A stretch of 64,000 bases of DNA from Neoechinorhynchus agilis. Taxonomy: Eukaryota; Animalia; Acanthocephala. Shown here in pieces: positions 24,800 to 36,100 of the stretch. The stretch spans positions 10,307,480-10,371,479 of the forward strand of contig CM121342.1 of the NCBI GenBank assembly GCA_051530055.1, given 5' to 3'. The number at the start of each line of letters is the position of its first letter. The stretch's first letter is position 1. The notes beneath the pieces were generated by a model. That model was not told where the DNA came from. It did no database searches and worked only from the letters and a program-made list of their open reading frames with translations. A program made the position numbers and the translations under genes.

Positions 24800-26272
24800 T
24801 CCCAGAATGGTTGTTCGCTATCAACACTGGCTTTACAGTTGTCGTTTTCGTGACTGCTTTAGCAATAGAATCTAAACATTTTTTGCGAGGGATTATTTTA
24901 TAAAATCATGCGCGGAAACGGTGTTTAAAATCACAAACCATAGTTGATCATGTTAATTGAATATTTGAGCATTCCAAGTGCATTTCGACCGACACAAATG
25001 TATTTTCCGAATTGTTTTTCTCCGAGTTTTTCAATGAAAAAATGCTTTGATGTAGCATTTTTGATTGCTTCGTCGAACTTTAATTCTTTTGATCGGTCGA
25101 AATGCCATTCATATACACAACGGGGTTGGCATTTTATCGGGCAATATAAAATTGAAGAGTGTCCTTCACGTCTAACGGCTATTTTTTCATCATTGGCACT
25201 GTATCCGTTTTCATACATCGGCGCATCTAAACACAGGAATCAACCTTTTTGACATGTTAGCAGGCCTATTGCTAACATTGAACTTTTACATCAAAATCAA
25301 CTACACTTGTACCATGAATGTTTGTTGCAACACATCGGAGATATGCATTCCAGTCTTCGGGTTTATAGTTGTGAACACTTAAACGATTCATACTTTTATT
25401 TCTCGCAATTTCGACTTCCTTATCGGTTCCAAACGTCTTTTTATACCAAACGTATTCAGCCTGGGGATTCGATTTTAAAGGACACTCAACCTCGATAGGA
25501 CTCGGATAAGTGAATTTTAATCTGGTTTGAAAGGAGTCGGATTTTACAAGAATAGGTTTATCTAAACGAAATGTTAAGTAATTTTCAAATGGAAGGCGAT
25601 GTAATTAGTGCCTAAAAAGTCAAATATTTGAGTATGAAACTAAAAATCTTTTAAGCGATTGAACGTGAACATAATACACACTTGTCTCTATTCAAAAAGA
25701 CTAAAAAACCAACCTTCTACAATTAATGTAAATACTCTTGATCCACGGTTTGAGCTAATATCTACATTGCAAAAATACAATCCAGCATGATCCATTGTCA
25801 CATTTTCAATCGACAGTACACTTCCCGCAATTTGTTTATTCATTCCGAAAGCTAACGCTTCAATCCATATATTTGAAGGAACAATGTCACCCAAAATTCT
25901 GCAAGTTTTATGTAGGCTTGATCCTACTTTTAATACCGATTTTTCGTTCCAATCATTCGCTATTAAATCTTGAATGTTTGATGTCACCCAAAGTGGTAAT
26001 CGATGTCTTGGCGATGGACTAGCGGGCGATCGACAAATAAAGACTCCCTCACTATTTTTGCCACTGAGAGTACTGATGTGTTTCGAATCAACTATTGCAT
26101 GGCCACCGGATCGTTCAAAAATCTCCCAGATGCCATCATTATTTTCACCGCATTTCATCTTGAGATCAAATGAACGTGGAACAAACAGAAGAGAAGTTTT
26201 AACCGGTTCGAAATCTTGACTATTGATCAAGGATAAAGTAAGCACGATTTGAATAACGTGAAACGTTTTCAT
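24800..26272 (-). CDS. Secreted or cell-surface multi-immunoglobulin-domain protein (at least 4 exons; 3' end uncertain)
   Basis: Signal peptide, then Ig motifs C...W...DHAGLYFC, ECP...YVWYK...YLRCVATNIHG and YCP...YEWH...FGKYICVGRNALG. Phase-1 GT-AG introns separate the domains. Confidence 0.8.
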
Positions 26273-26410
26273 TTCTGTGTCTGTTTCTTAAGCATTAGTG
26301 ATTGATGTTAACGGTTGCTAGGTAGCAGATGAGAATTAACAAATTAAAAAATATCAAAAATGATTATTGGATATATGCTTAAAACCGAAACCGCATTTAT
26401 TATTAAACTT

Positions 26411-26821
26411 TTAATAAATATCGCCTCTAATTCTCCTGGCTAGATGGATATCCTTAGGCATAATTGTCACCCTCTTTGCGTGAATGGCACAGAGGTTAGC
26501 ATCTTCGAAAAGACCAACAACGTACGCCTCAGTTGCGTCCTGTAGAGCTATAAGGGCTGCTGCTTGGAACCTTAGGTCCATTCGAAAGTCTTGTGCGATT
26601 TCTCTGACTAATCTTTGAAATGGAAGTCTTCTGATGAGAAGATCCGTAGATTTCTGATACTGTTTAATTTCTCGCAGTGCTACGGTTCCTGGCTTGAAAC
26701 GATGAGATCGCTTGTGGGTATCGGTTGCAGGAGCACTTTTTCTGGCAGCTCTAGTGGACAATGATCTTCTTGGAATATGCCCGCTTGTGGATTTCTTGGC
26801 AGTTTGTTTTGTTCGAGCCAT
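26411..26821 (-). CDS. Divergent histone H3 variant, 136 aa, probably polyadenylated
   Basis: [12 protein letters not shown]...[14 protein letters not shown]...[23 protein letters not shown]. True ATG at 26821, preceded by a tttctctacag acceptor. AATAAA lies just after the stop and no histone stem-loop was seen. Confidence 0.95.
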   Translation of the reverse strand: MARTKQTAKKSTSGHIPRRSLSTRAARKSAPATDTHKRSHRFKPGTVALREIKQYQKSTDLLIRRLPFQRLVREIAQDFRMDLRFQAAALIALQDATEAYVVGLFEDANLCAIHAKRVTIMPKDIHLARRIRGDIY

Positions 26822-27216
26822 TTGGACGCTGTAGAGAAAAAAGAGAAAAGGAGCAGTGTCGTTTGAGTGCAACGCATTGCTGTCACGCAGGAGCATAAAA
26901 GCTTGATGAATCGCATTTCTACAATTGTAAAATAGTTCAAATGTGACGTGCTCAATCGAGTTCAATCTGTTCAAAAGCAAAAGTTTTTTTATGTGATTTC
27001 AAAGATGGATTTGTTGAGGTCTACACATTCAGCTATTTGTTTCTAGCGAACAATGGCACAGCGCAGAAAAAATCCAACGTGCTGAACCTCGATGATTAAT
27101 GAACGAATCATCAACAAGCAAAGGTTACACACCCAGCGTAAAGTAACAGTAACATCGAAACTCTCCAAAGTTGTGCACTATTTGGCGAAACAATTTCAAT
27201 AACATTGACTTAATTA

Positions 27217-27843
27217 ATGGGCTCAAAAAGTTCAAAAAAAGCTGCACAAACGCAACCACAAGTAGTCCCACCTCCTGCGTATCAACAAGTCCTCTTACCT
27301 CCTACTTATCCACAACCAGGATTGCCACCGTCGTACATACAACCACAGCAAAGACCAATATTTCAGCCAACAGGTCAAGGAATCGCTCCAAGAGCCCAAG
27401 GAATCCCACAATCGAGTCCAGTTCGTCCACAAAGTGGGCCTGTAGTTTTAAGACCATCTTACATACCAGAACTTGGCGCAGGATCACCCCTGATTACAGT
27501 TGGTTGGCCTGGAATCACATGTCCACCTTTTCCTACGTATCATGAGTGTCAGAAAATAGCTACACTAACTGGTTTACCCGTAGAGACTGTCCAATCTCTC
27601 TCTAAAGAGTTCCAAAGATTAAGTGAGGGTAATGGTTACATGGACGTTAGTAAATTTCAAGCAATGTTCCTGGCAAGTATTTGCGGCCCGTCGGCAATAT
27701 CTGCAAACACACTTGCAACCAATCTATTTCATACGTTTGATACAAATCGTTCGGGAAAACTTGATTTTCCAGAATTCGTAATGGCATTTAAGACATTACA
27801 AATTGAGACTCAAGCACTTAAAGGACTATCAGCTACGCGGTGA
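27217..27843 (+). CDS. Myristoylation-motif, Pro/Gln-rich protein with a half NCS/recoverin-like EF-hand domain (paralogue 1)
   Basis: MGSKSSKK N-terminus, PPAY/PPTY/PPSY motifs, TGLPVETVQSLSKEF... and a canonical EF loop DTNRSGKLDFPE. Confidence 0.8.
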   Translation: MGSKSSKKAAQTQPQVVPPPAYQQVLLPPTYPQPGLPPSYIQPQQRPIFQPTGQGIAPRAQGIPQSSPVRPQSGPVVLRPSYIPELGAGSPLITVGWPGITCPPFPTYHECQKIATLTGLPVETVQSLSKEFQRLSEGNGYMDVSKFQAMFLASICGPSAISANTLATNLFHTFDTNRSGKLDFPEFVMAFKTLQIETQALKGLSATR

Positions 27844-28066
27844 TTATTTATAACTTTAAAGAATTTTGTTTAAAGAACGCAGTGAATCATGCCCCCTTGA
27901 GTTCTCATATAAAAGCAGCATTCACATCAAAGCTGCATCGTCAGACAACACGCACTTTTAAACTCATTGTCGAAGTATGAGTCTATTGTGTGTGTAATAA
28001 CAGGTAAGACTCTTAATATGAACACTTCGTCGAAATACTTTTTCATCCTGCGACTTGTACATTAAG

Positions 28067-29221
28067 ATGGGAGCCGCTCAAGCTGCGAGGAAAAACCGTG
28101 GACCAACGTATATACCGCCACCAAACCTTGTGGGCTATCAGCAGCCGCAATTTCAGCCTACCTATAGGTCCCCGGTTGTAGCAACCGTACCTTAAAGACA
28201 TTGGTCTTTTGCAAATAGGAAATCGACTTACGGTCGAAAAAGATCAATGCTATATAGTCAGGCTGTACGAATGGGCCTTTTAGCTCCAAATCAACCGATG
28301 CCACCGAGAGGACAAGCTTATGTTGTACCTTTACGGCCACGTATTCCGATTTACCAACCAAGAATGCCTGATTTTCTTGTACATCATGCGCAACCATCAA
28401 ATGATGTGTCCCGGGTTGCGGTTTTAACAGGTCTATCAGAAGCATTGATCAGAAATTTGTACTCGGAATTTCTTATTATCACTAACAATGCCGGTTTCAT
28501 GAGCCATTGCAATCTTAAGGAAACTATACGATCACTGATTCCGGATCTTCAATCCAATTATTTAGACGCTTTGACTAACCTTTTATTCACTGAAATGGAT
28601 CGCGACCGAAATAATGTCGTTGATTTTTGGGAATTCGTTATGGTATATAAAGAAATGATTCAACCTGGAAATATCTTCGCTCCATTACTTCCATCAATAT
28701 CTACGCCGCCAATGACAGCTACTACTCAAAGTATGGAACAGCTGCTAAATTCTGCAATCAACCCAAACAATCCATTGGTAAACGCAATCACTCAATCCAT
28801 GCAAGCATCACAACCATCAATGACTTCGAATCCAATGACACCGTCAAATCCATTGGTTAAGGCAATAATCTCAGCTCAACAGCCGTTCGATTCTAATTTC
28901 ATCAGACCTTCAAATCCTCTTGTAGCTGCATTAACACCGCCAAATCAATTACCACAACAAAATAATCCACTTACTAGTGTCAATCCTTTAACCACTGAGC
29001 TAACAAGACCAACTTTGACAGCCGTTCAACCTCAGATTATAAACCCATCAAATCCAATTGTAACCACGTTAACAACACCCACTCACTTACTCCAGCCAGA
29101 TTCACGACTGTACAGTACGCTATCAAGTCCAATAGACGAATCTCCAAGATCATTCGAATCTCTCTTGGCATCAACTTACTCTCCTGGTGGATTGCATCTT
29201 CGAAAACCACAGATCGTCTAG
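28067..29221 (+). CDS. Myristoylation-motif EF-hand protein (paralogue 2) with SNPLV-repeat tail, interrupted near its 5' end
   Basis: ATG GGA at 28067 is in frame with ORF 28247 apart from one TAA at 28193. TGLSEALIRNLYSEF...EF loop DRDRNNVVDFWE parallels paralogue 1. Confidence 0.75.
28193..28254. other. TA-bounded inverted-repeat insertion in EF-hand paralogue 2 (60 nt removed with one TA)
   Basis: Ends read inward TAAAGACATTGGTCTTTT and TATAGCATTGATCTTTT. Removal gives VP-Y-SQAV in frame. A 75-nt GT-AG intron (28187-28261) is an alternative. Confidence 0.55.
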
Positions 29222-29699
29222 TTCACGTCATAAGTCGATTTTATTTTTACTTTACCCAATAAAGCACACAGGATTGATTCCCGTTTAAAGTTGAGAAACC
29301 AGTACATTGAGCAAAAATTTATTCATTGAGAAAAATCCATCTAAATGAGAGTTGGAATTGTGATTATCATAATCCCGGATAAAACATATTTTATCGAATC
29401 GTGGTATTTCGCGAAGAAGCTTTACTTCATCAGTCATTGTATTTTAGTTTATATGATGTTAGTCCTCCAAACAATTTTATGTCAATTAAATTTTTATCTT
29501 TTATAAAAAGAATCCAATTTACCAACAATTTGCTTCCAACTTTCTTAAACGCTTCGGAAGCTTATTAATGATCTTCGCCATTATGCGTAAGTCCTAAATA
29601 TGGATCGTATTCATGAATCGTGTTTAATTTAAAACTAAAAATTATTTAAAAAATTTGATATTGTAATTTGGAATAAAAATATCTCGGGATTTAAATATA

Positions 29700-29810
29700 A
29701 AAGGTTAATTTTTTTGAAGCATGGCCAGCCAGCAACTTTTATTCGGTATTTATATAGGAAAATTATCAGCCGTGAAAAAGGCCACACATAAATACCGAAT
29801 AAAAGGTTAA
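29700..29810. mobile_element. Internally deleted derivative of MITE family A
   Basis: gaagcatggccagccagcaacttttattcggtatttat...gaaaattatcagccgtgaaaaaggccacacataaataccgaataaaa matches 1082-1140 and 30960-30995. Confidence 0.65.
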
Positions 29811-30733
29811 CTTTTAAGAGGTGCTCAATTTTGAAAATATAAAAAGATTTCGACGATCCCAGTTTTTTGCTAGAAATCAAAAACTGCGCGGAAGTAAAAA
29901 ATAGTTACCCATCATTGCAAGGCGTAAAACCGATCATTTTTGTTTAAACTAGGGAAATGGATTATTTCTAAAAAATCTAAGTTTTCCATTTAATTTTCTA
30001 TGAATTGACCAACGTTTCGAAGTTGCTGCATAAATCGACGACTGCTATCTATCTCGCTATATTTTGCATTAACTATGGGTCTATACTGCTTAATTATCAG
30101 TGCTCCGGCTAATTTTAGTCTTATCCTATCGTCTTTATTGTAATATTTCCAAGGATGCCTCCCATTGTGTTTTGATTCGTTCCTCTAACCTGCAAGTAGT
30201 GTGACCGACCTCAGACGCTTTACAGCCATCCATTGGGCAGTTGAAGCGGTTCACCAGGTTGCAGGTTTCGAGAATCGTTGTCCTTTCTCTTCTTGTAAGG
30301 CATTATTTAAACGTTAGCGTCTTGTAGTGGCATCTCACTTCTATCCTTTTTGTCATTTCATTAGGTTTCACCTGTTAATACATAAAGAAAATTATCGACG
30401 AAGCAAGCAAGACACCGGTAGCCAGAGCCTGAAAACTGACGGACGAATAAGAAAGCAATATCATCTCCTTCTACTGTGAAACGGACGATCCGGTAAGCTT
30501 TAACCATTATCAATACTGCAAACAAAAGTAATGAATCAACATCGCATCTCAAGTTGATCACACTACTTGCAGGTTAGAGAAACGAATCAAATAGCACATA
30601 AACAAGACAAGTGCAATATATAAGCATAAATATCAACCGAGCATAAATGCAAAACACAATGGGAAAAATCCTTTGAAATATTACAACAAATACGATAGCA
30701 TGAGGCTCCAGCCGGTAATATTTATTTTGTTTT

Positions 30734-30996
30734 TTAAGTGTGGCACTTTTCACGGCTGATATTTTTTTCCTTTGGGCACACAAACCAACGAGGACGAAAT
30801 ACGTCGTTGAAGGAAATAGAAAACTCACTGATGAGTCCCGCCTCCCAGGGGTATCTGAAAATCCGGAGGGATGCGTACAAACTCATTATCGTACGGTTCA
30901 TCGATATTAAGTGATTTTATGCGCTTCCCTGAACCAGATCGGTGGGCAGTGTAGCCCAATGAAAAAATTATCAGCCGTGATAAAGACCACATTTAA
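30734..30996. mobile_element. MITE family A copy upstream of GLD-2
   Basis: TTAA at both ends. TIR gtgtggcacttttcacggctgatattttttt / aaaaaattatcagccgtgataaagaccacat. Interior homologous to 1140-1280. Confidence 0.8.
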
Positions 30997-31217
30997 AACA
31001 AAGAAACAATTTACTCAATAAAAAATCATTGCCTAAGAAATATTTTAAAATATCACGTGCACATTTGTGTACAAAAAATAGCAAACAAATTGTTTTACGA
31101 GGATTTATTTGTGAACGTTTTAAATGGCTCATTTTTGCCTTATCCTTGCAAATATTCACATTCGTACCGAAAAACCGAGGCTCAAGCTGTTCGTGAATCA
31201 TAACTTTTTGGATTTCA

Positions 31218-32534
31218 ATGGATTTCAGTTCAGATAGCGGCAAAAATGAACCCGTATTTATATTTAGTGGCGAACACTTGTATACTTCGAGGAATGAAGG
31301 AAAATCTGATGATCGGAAAGCAGGTGAAATCGAAGACGATTATGAGCAAATTGCGTTTGAAGTCATCAACGGAATCTTAGCACTTATCGATAATGATTTT
31401 TCTGGTACAAATCACTTAAATCACGACAAATGTACAAAAGTTCTGGATTCTCAATTCATATTGAAATGCTTTAATGACGAGATCATTAAATTTTACGAAT
31501 ACAACAAAATGAGTTATGAGATCTTTTGCGAAAAAAGGAGTATAATTAACGCAGTATCTTTTATAACGACGGGAGCATTCCCAGGATCTTCACTTTACGT
31601 ATGTGGCTCAATGATGACAGGTCTTGCTAAAGACGCAAGTGATGTTGACCTTACACTCCAAATTGATAATCTCAACGAACTGACTCGTTCAAAAACGATA
31701 GAAATGCTAACCAGGATCCGGAACGCTTTGAATGCGACCCACGCGGTCACTCTAAAAAGAGTTATTCCGGCTACTGTGCCAATTTTGTGGTTCCGTTGGA
31801 CAACAAAACAATATGTCAACAATGTAGATGAAGAGTATTCGTTCGATTTTGATTTGAACATTAACAGCGTAGGTTCAGTACGAAACACTCATCTGATGGC
31901 TGCTTATTACGCCTGTGACCGACGAATTCGCCCATTTTTGTTTTTTCTTAAACAATGGGCATGCAGCATTGACATTAATGACCCAAAAAATCATTCTTTA
32001 TCGAGCTATGCACTTTGTCTTTTGGCGATCCACTTCTTTCAATTTGCATGCGATCCACCGGTGCTACCGTGTCTTCAAAGGTTATGGCCAGAAATGTTCA
32101 GCTTTAGTCGAACTTGCCAAGAACTAGCAAAGGAACATTCGGATCTCGACAAGATTATTCCTAACAAAGGATGGAAATCTCAAAACAAACAGTGTCTTGG
32201 TAGTTTGTTTCACGATTTTCTACTCTACTACAAAGATTTCGATTATGACCAAATTGTCATCTCAGTTCGTTCAGGACGAAAGTACCACCTAAGCGATCCA
32301 GAAGTTCAAGAATATGCAAGCAAGATAAAGTTGGCGAGTTCCTTTATTAATGTAGAGGAACCGCTATACTTTTATAACGTCGGGCGATCAGTGAATGAGC
32401 GCCGGCATTTTTATCGGATAATTGAAAATATAGAAGATGCGTTTAATGATCTATATGATAAATTAAAGAACATCGAATCGGAAATTGAAATGAAAGCAAA
32501 ATTAAATCGATTAGATTTGGTGCGCTTCTCGTGA
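31218..32534 (+). CDS. TENT2: GLD-2/TENT2-like non-canonical poly(A) polymerase, intronless
   Basis: GSMMTGLAKDASDVDL (GS..DxD), third Asp in FDFDLNINSVGSVRNTHLM, RPFLFFLKQWA..INDP..SLSSYALCLL, PPVLPCLQ and a PAP-associated EEP..NVGRSV. Closest recalled match is GLD-2. Confidence 0.85.
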   Translation: MDFSSDSGKNEPVFIFSGEHLYTSRNEGKSDDRKAGEIEDDYEQIAFEVINGILALIDNDFSGTNHLNHDKCTKVLDSQFILKCFNDEIIKFYEYNKMSYEIFCEKRSIINAVSFITTGAFPGSSLYVCGSMMTGLAKDASDVDLTLQIDNLNELTRSKTIEMLTRIRNALNATHAVTLKRVIPATVPILWFRWTTKQYVNNVDEEYSFDFDLNINSVGSVRNTHLMAAYYACDRRIRPFLFFLKQWACSIDINDPKNHSLSSYALCLLAIHFFQFACDPPVLPCLQRLWPEMFSFSRTCQELAKEHSDLDKIIPNKGWKSQNKQCLGSLFHDFLLYYKDFDYDQIVISVRSGRKYHLSDPEVQEYASKIKLASSFINVEEPLYFYNVGRSVNERRHFYRIIENIEDAFNDLYDKLKNIESEIEMKAKLNRLDLVRFS

Positions 32535-33135
32535 GTTTTTACAATAAATATTGACTGAGAATTGATAAATTATAAAATATGAAGAAGCGAATTGTGCATT
32601 TAAGTAATGTTTATTATGAAATCTTAATTTTAAAAATCCAGTTAGCGTATAAAAACAATGCCAAGATTTTTTTGTGTATTTAAATGATTCAAACATCTTT
32701 CTAAATAGTTAAATTGCACTTTTTAGCCTTATATTCACTTCGAAATTCACCATTTTATTATTTGACTTTAACAAATATTTTAGTCATGTTAAAGTGGATT
32801 AATTATATTAAAAGAATGCAAAACATTCAAAAATTGAAAAAACTGAGTTGATTTTAAGTCACGTTTTAAACATTAAATAAAAAATTCAATTGGTAAAAGA
32901 AATAAAAATCGTAATTTTGTGCTTAAAAATAACGTAAAAGCGGCTTGTTGATCAGAAATGATAAAACTTTGTAATTTAGATTGGATCAATTCACATATTC
33001 CAGATATTGGCTAAAACAAATATTCTTCAATAATTTAGTCTGAAAAACAAGATCAGTCGACATTTGTTTCTTCGTTGGCTTAACAAGCGCAGTTCCGTTA
33101 CAAATAAAACAGAAACAATATTTCCTTTGGCTCGA

Positions 33136-36100
33136 TCAATCATTCTTGTCCGTCGAAATGGGAATATCTGGCTCGATTGGAAACAATTCATCACACTTTT
33201 CCATTAAATCCCCGCATTCCGAATACATTGAAACCATAGTTTCCGTTAGACGTCTAACATTCTTTGATACTCCTTCGACGTGCTTCTTATCCACCAGTTC
33301 CAGCTTCTCAGTTACATCGTTTCGTAAGTCTATAAATCGTTGCCGAGCAGCATCTCGCAAATTCAGAATCGCCCTATATTCATAGTTCCCACTCTCTAAT
33401 CTGATCGAAATTTCACCAAATGAGCGGCAGATATCAACATCGTTTTCAAATTCACTTAATTTTAATGCAAAGGATTCCCACTTTATCTGAAAAATTGATC
33501 GAATGCTTCATTTGCGAAAAATATATGTACTTCGTTTGTTGAATTGAAGATTACATTCGGGTGGTTAGATTAGTCATTATTTCTGTCACCTATGAGCACC
33601 CGAGAAGAGGGATCGCATTAAAGAAGAATATTCATTCGACTTTAATGATCTCAATCGGGTTTCGACAAGCAATCTAAATAACAATTTGTTAAAAACTCAT
33701 TTGTAAAAATTTGCTTTAAAAATCGTGGGCATTTTTTGCACTGCTATAGTTCTTCGCTAATTTCCATTTTCTCACTTAAAATAACTCTTCTTAATTTTCA
33801 ATTTTATTGTGGTCCTTAAGCTAAATAAAGATTTAAATAATCGTGAAAACTCGTTTTTTTAAAACAAATTTCATATTTTAGATACAGGACATCATTGAGA
33901 TCATTTTGTGGTCAAATTCAAGGCGATTTGTAAGATGATCCTAATTTAATCAGTAAAGGAAATCCATGTCACCTTTGGAATTATTGTTTATAAGTCTTCA
34001 CTCACGGTAAAGGATTATTTATTGAAGACGTTCCTGGAACTTCGTCGGGTTCATCATCAGTTCTAAAATTCAGATAGTGAACCCGACGAGGTTGGCAGAA
34101 CGTCTTTAATAAATAATCCTTTACCGCGGGTGAAGAGTTCTAAACAATAATTCCAATCATATTGCCCGGTGCCTTGCATATCGACATTTTTATGTCACCT
34201 TTGATTGCTAAGTAAAACTTCTATCCTTCAACATTTATAATATGTTTGAAGATTGAATCGTTCAAGTTTTTATACGGCGGTTAGAAATTAAAGGAGTATT
34301 ATTAAATTCGATATTTCGACCACACAATCTTGTGCGCATTCTGTCAATGTTGCTTGTAAGTTTTTTTACTCACATATTTAAAAACTTACAAGCAACCTTG
34401 ATCAGAACGCGTGCAAGATGTTGAGTTGAGGGCGAGGCAAACAAATACATTATTCCGTTAACGTCATATTATATGATTCTTTCTTGCCCAAATCGCTTTC
34501 AGGATGCATGAATAGCTTTGTAGAAACCATGGAGGTCATTTTGGTCGCCTTTTAACACCTGAAAGTGATCGTTGAATTGATAATGACTGATTTAAGCAGT
34601 CAAAATATTTATAATTTAACTATCCCTCCTTTCGGTTGTTGACAAGCGACCAAAATAGCAACATATCTCTAACCATTCGATCGATTGCTATCCTTAGCGA
34701 TTTAGGGTTGATTTGAATTTTAAGTTGAAAGTGAATGGTTTCTCCAATTTTTGAAAAGGCTTTCGGGGTATAATCAAAATATGTTGGTAAACTATTTGAT
34801 TTTGTTTCTTATGAAGTCCATGTGCAAATTATCCAAGTGATTCTAAAGTTTATAAAGTCGCTATTAACGACAATAACATCCCTTTTATCAATTCGTTTTA
34901 AAGCCACATTTAGTTAATTTTAAGGCTTATAAAATGTATTTTTTAAATTTCGAAAAAACTTCAAAAGCAAAGAATTACATTTTCATTTGTTGAGTTAATC
35001 TTTTAATTTTTCGAACTTCTAACCAACTTTCTTGAGTTCATCTATAAAATTTTTTTGAGAATCCGTTTAATTATCACTTTAATGAATTGCTGATTTTTTG
35101 TCAACTGTGTTTAAATTATTCTCCGTTTTTTATTATATTTTCATATTGTGATCCTTTAAATATAATAAATCATCATTTAAGTTTTATAAAGTTTTCCTAA
35201 TAAAATTTTTTGGTATTCATCCTGCTAAGTGGGTGGGGTTTAGAATTTATGTAATTTTATACGAGCTTTACAAATATATATTTTGTATTTTTGAATTTAT
35301 CGTACCTCTAAGTATATTATATTAAAAAGTCTTTATATTAAAAAAATTTATCGTTCTAGTCTATAAAATTGTTTTCAAAATTAGATCAATAGCATTTTTG
35401 CGAAAAATATGAAACATTTCCTTTAAGTTATTTTTTAACATCTAAATTTATACAGCTACTTTAACTGTCATCAAAACAACTATTAAGAATTGCGCCTTTC
35501 TGCCCAAGCCACACTCACCACGTACTATTCTAGATACCTGAAGAGGTCTGCATGCAGACGAAAATTCGTACAAATAAATCAGTCATCGGGGAGGTTAATA
35601 AGGTTGCAACTATCAATAAATTAAGAATTGTCTTAATTGTTTCTACATGTGCATTTTTATAATCAAATAAATTCTGCTAATTAATCAAACCATTTTCTAA
35701 AATTACAAGAATAATTAACTTTCTATAAATACTACATTCATAAATTATAATTTCCAAGAAGCTATCTTACATTTCGTAGTTATTTTTTGAATTTTTTTGA
35801 AACTGTTTTGTTAATAAAATTGCCAGATTATTATCTTTTTAATCACTGTTTCAATTTAAAAATTATGGTGAATAAAGCGGACTTTAAAACCTCTAATTTT
35901 CGATTTTATATCTTTTGGAATGTTTAAACTTACGAGGACTATAGATACGTTTTTGTGGTCTAAAGAATTACACAGTAAAGGTTACAAATGGGAACCTCAA
36001 TGCCATAAGCAGTAAGATAGATATTCGAACTTAGCATAAGAATACTTCTCAAGTGTCATTCTGACATCAGGAATCACAGCGCGGCAAAAGAGCTCCAAGT

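Noticed and set aside
26411-26980. CenH3 (CENP-A) identity, or a 53-aa N-terminal extension, for the H3 variant
   Set aside because: Tail length and loop 1 are canonical and Q68 and F84 are retained; only T107A is CenH3-like. The extension starts at TTG upstream of a splice acceptor and is an ORF-caller artefact.
30790-30860. Hammerhead-ribozyme-like GGACGAAA...CTGATGAGTCC in MITE family A (also CTGATGAG on the minus strand near 1272)
   Set aside because: Stems I and III do not form convincingly, and the 1.2-kb copy lacks the GAAA partner, so the core is incomplete. A covariance-model search would be needed to revive it.
35997-35999. TGA readthrough or an altered genetic code to explain the PICK1 and ASNSD1 stops
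   Set aside because: Sequence after the stops is not homologous to the protein, and TGA, TAA and TAG all serve as normal terminators in other genes of the window.
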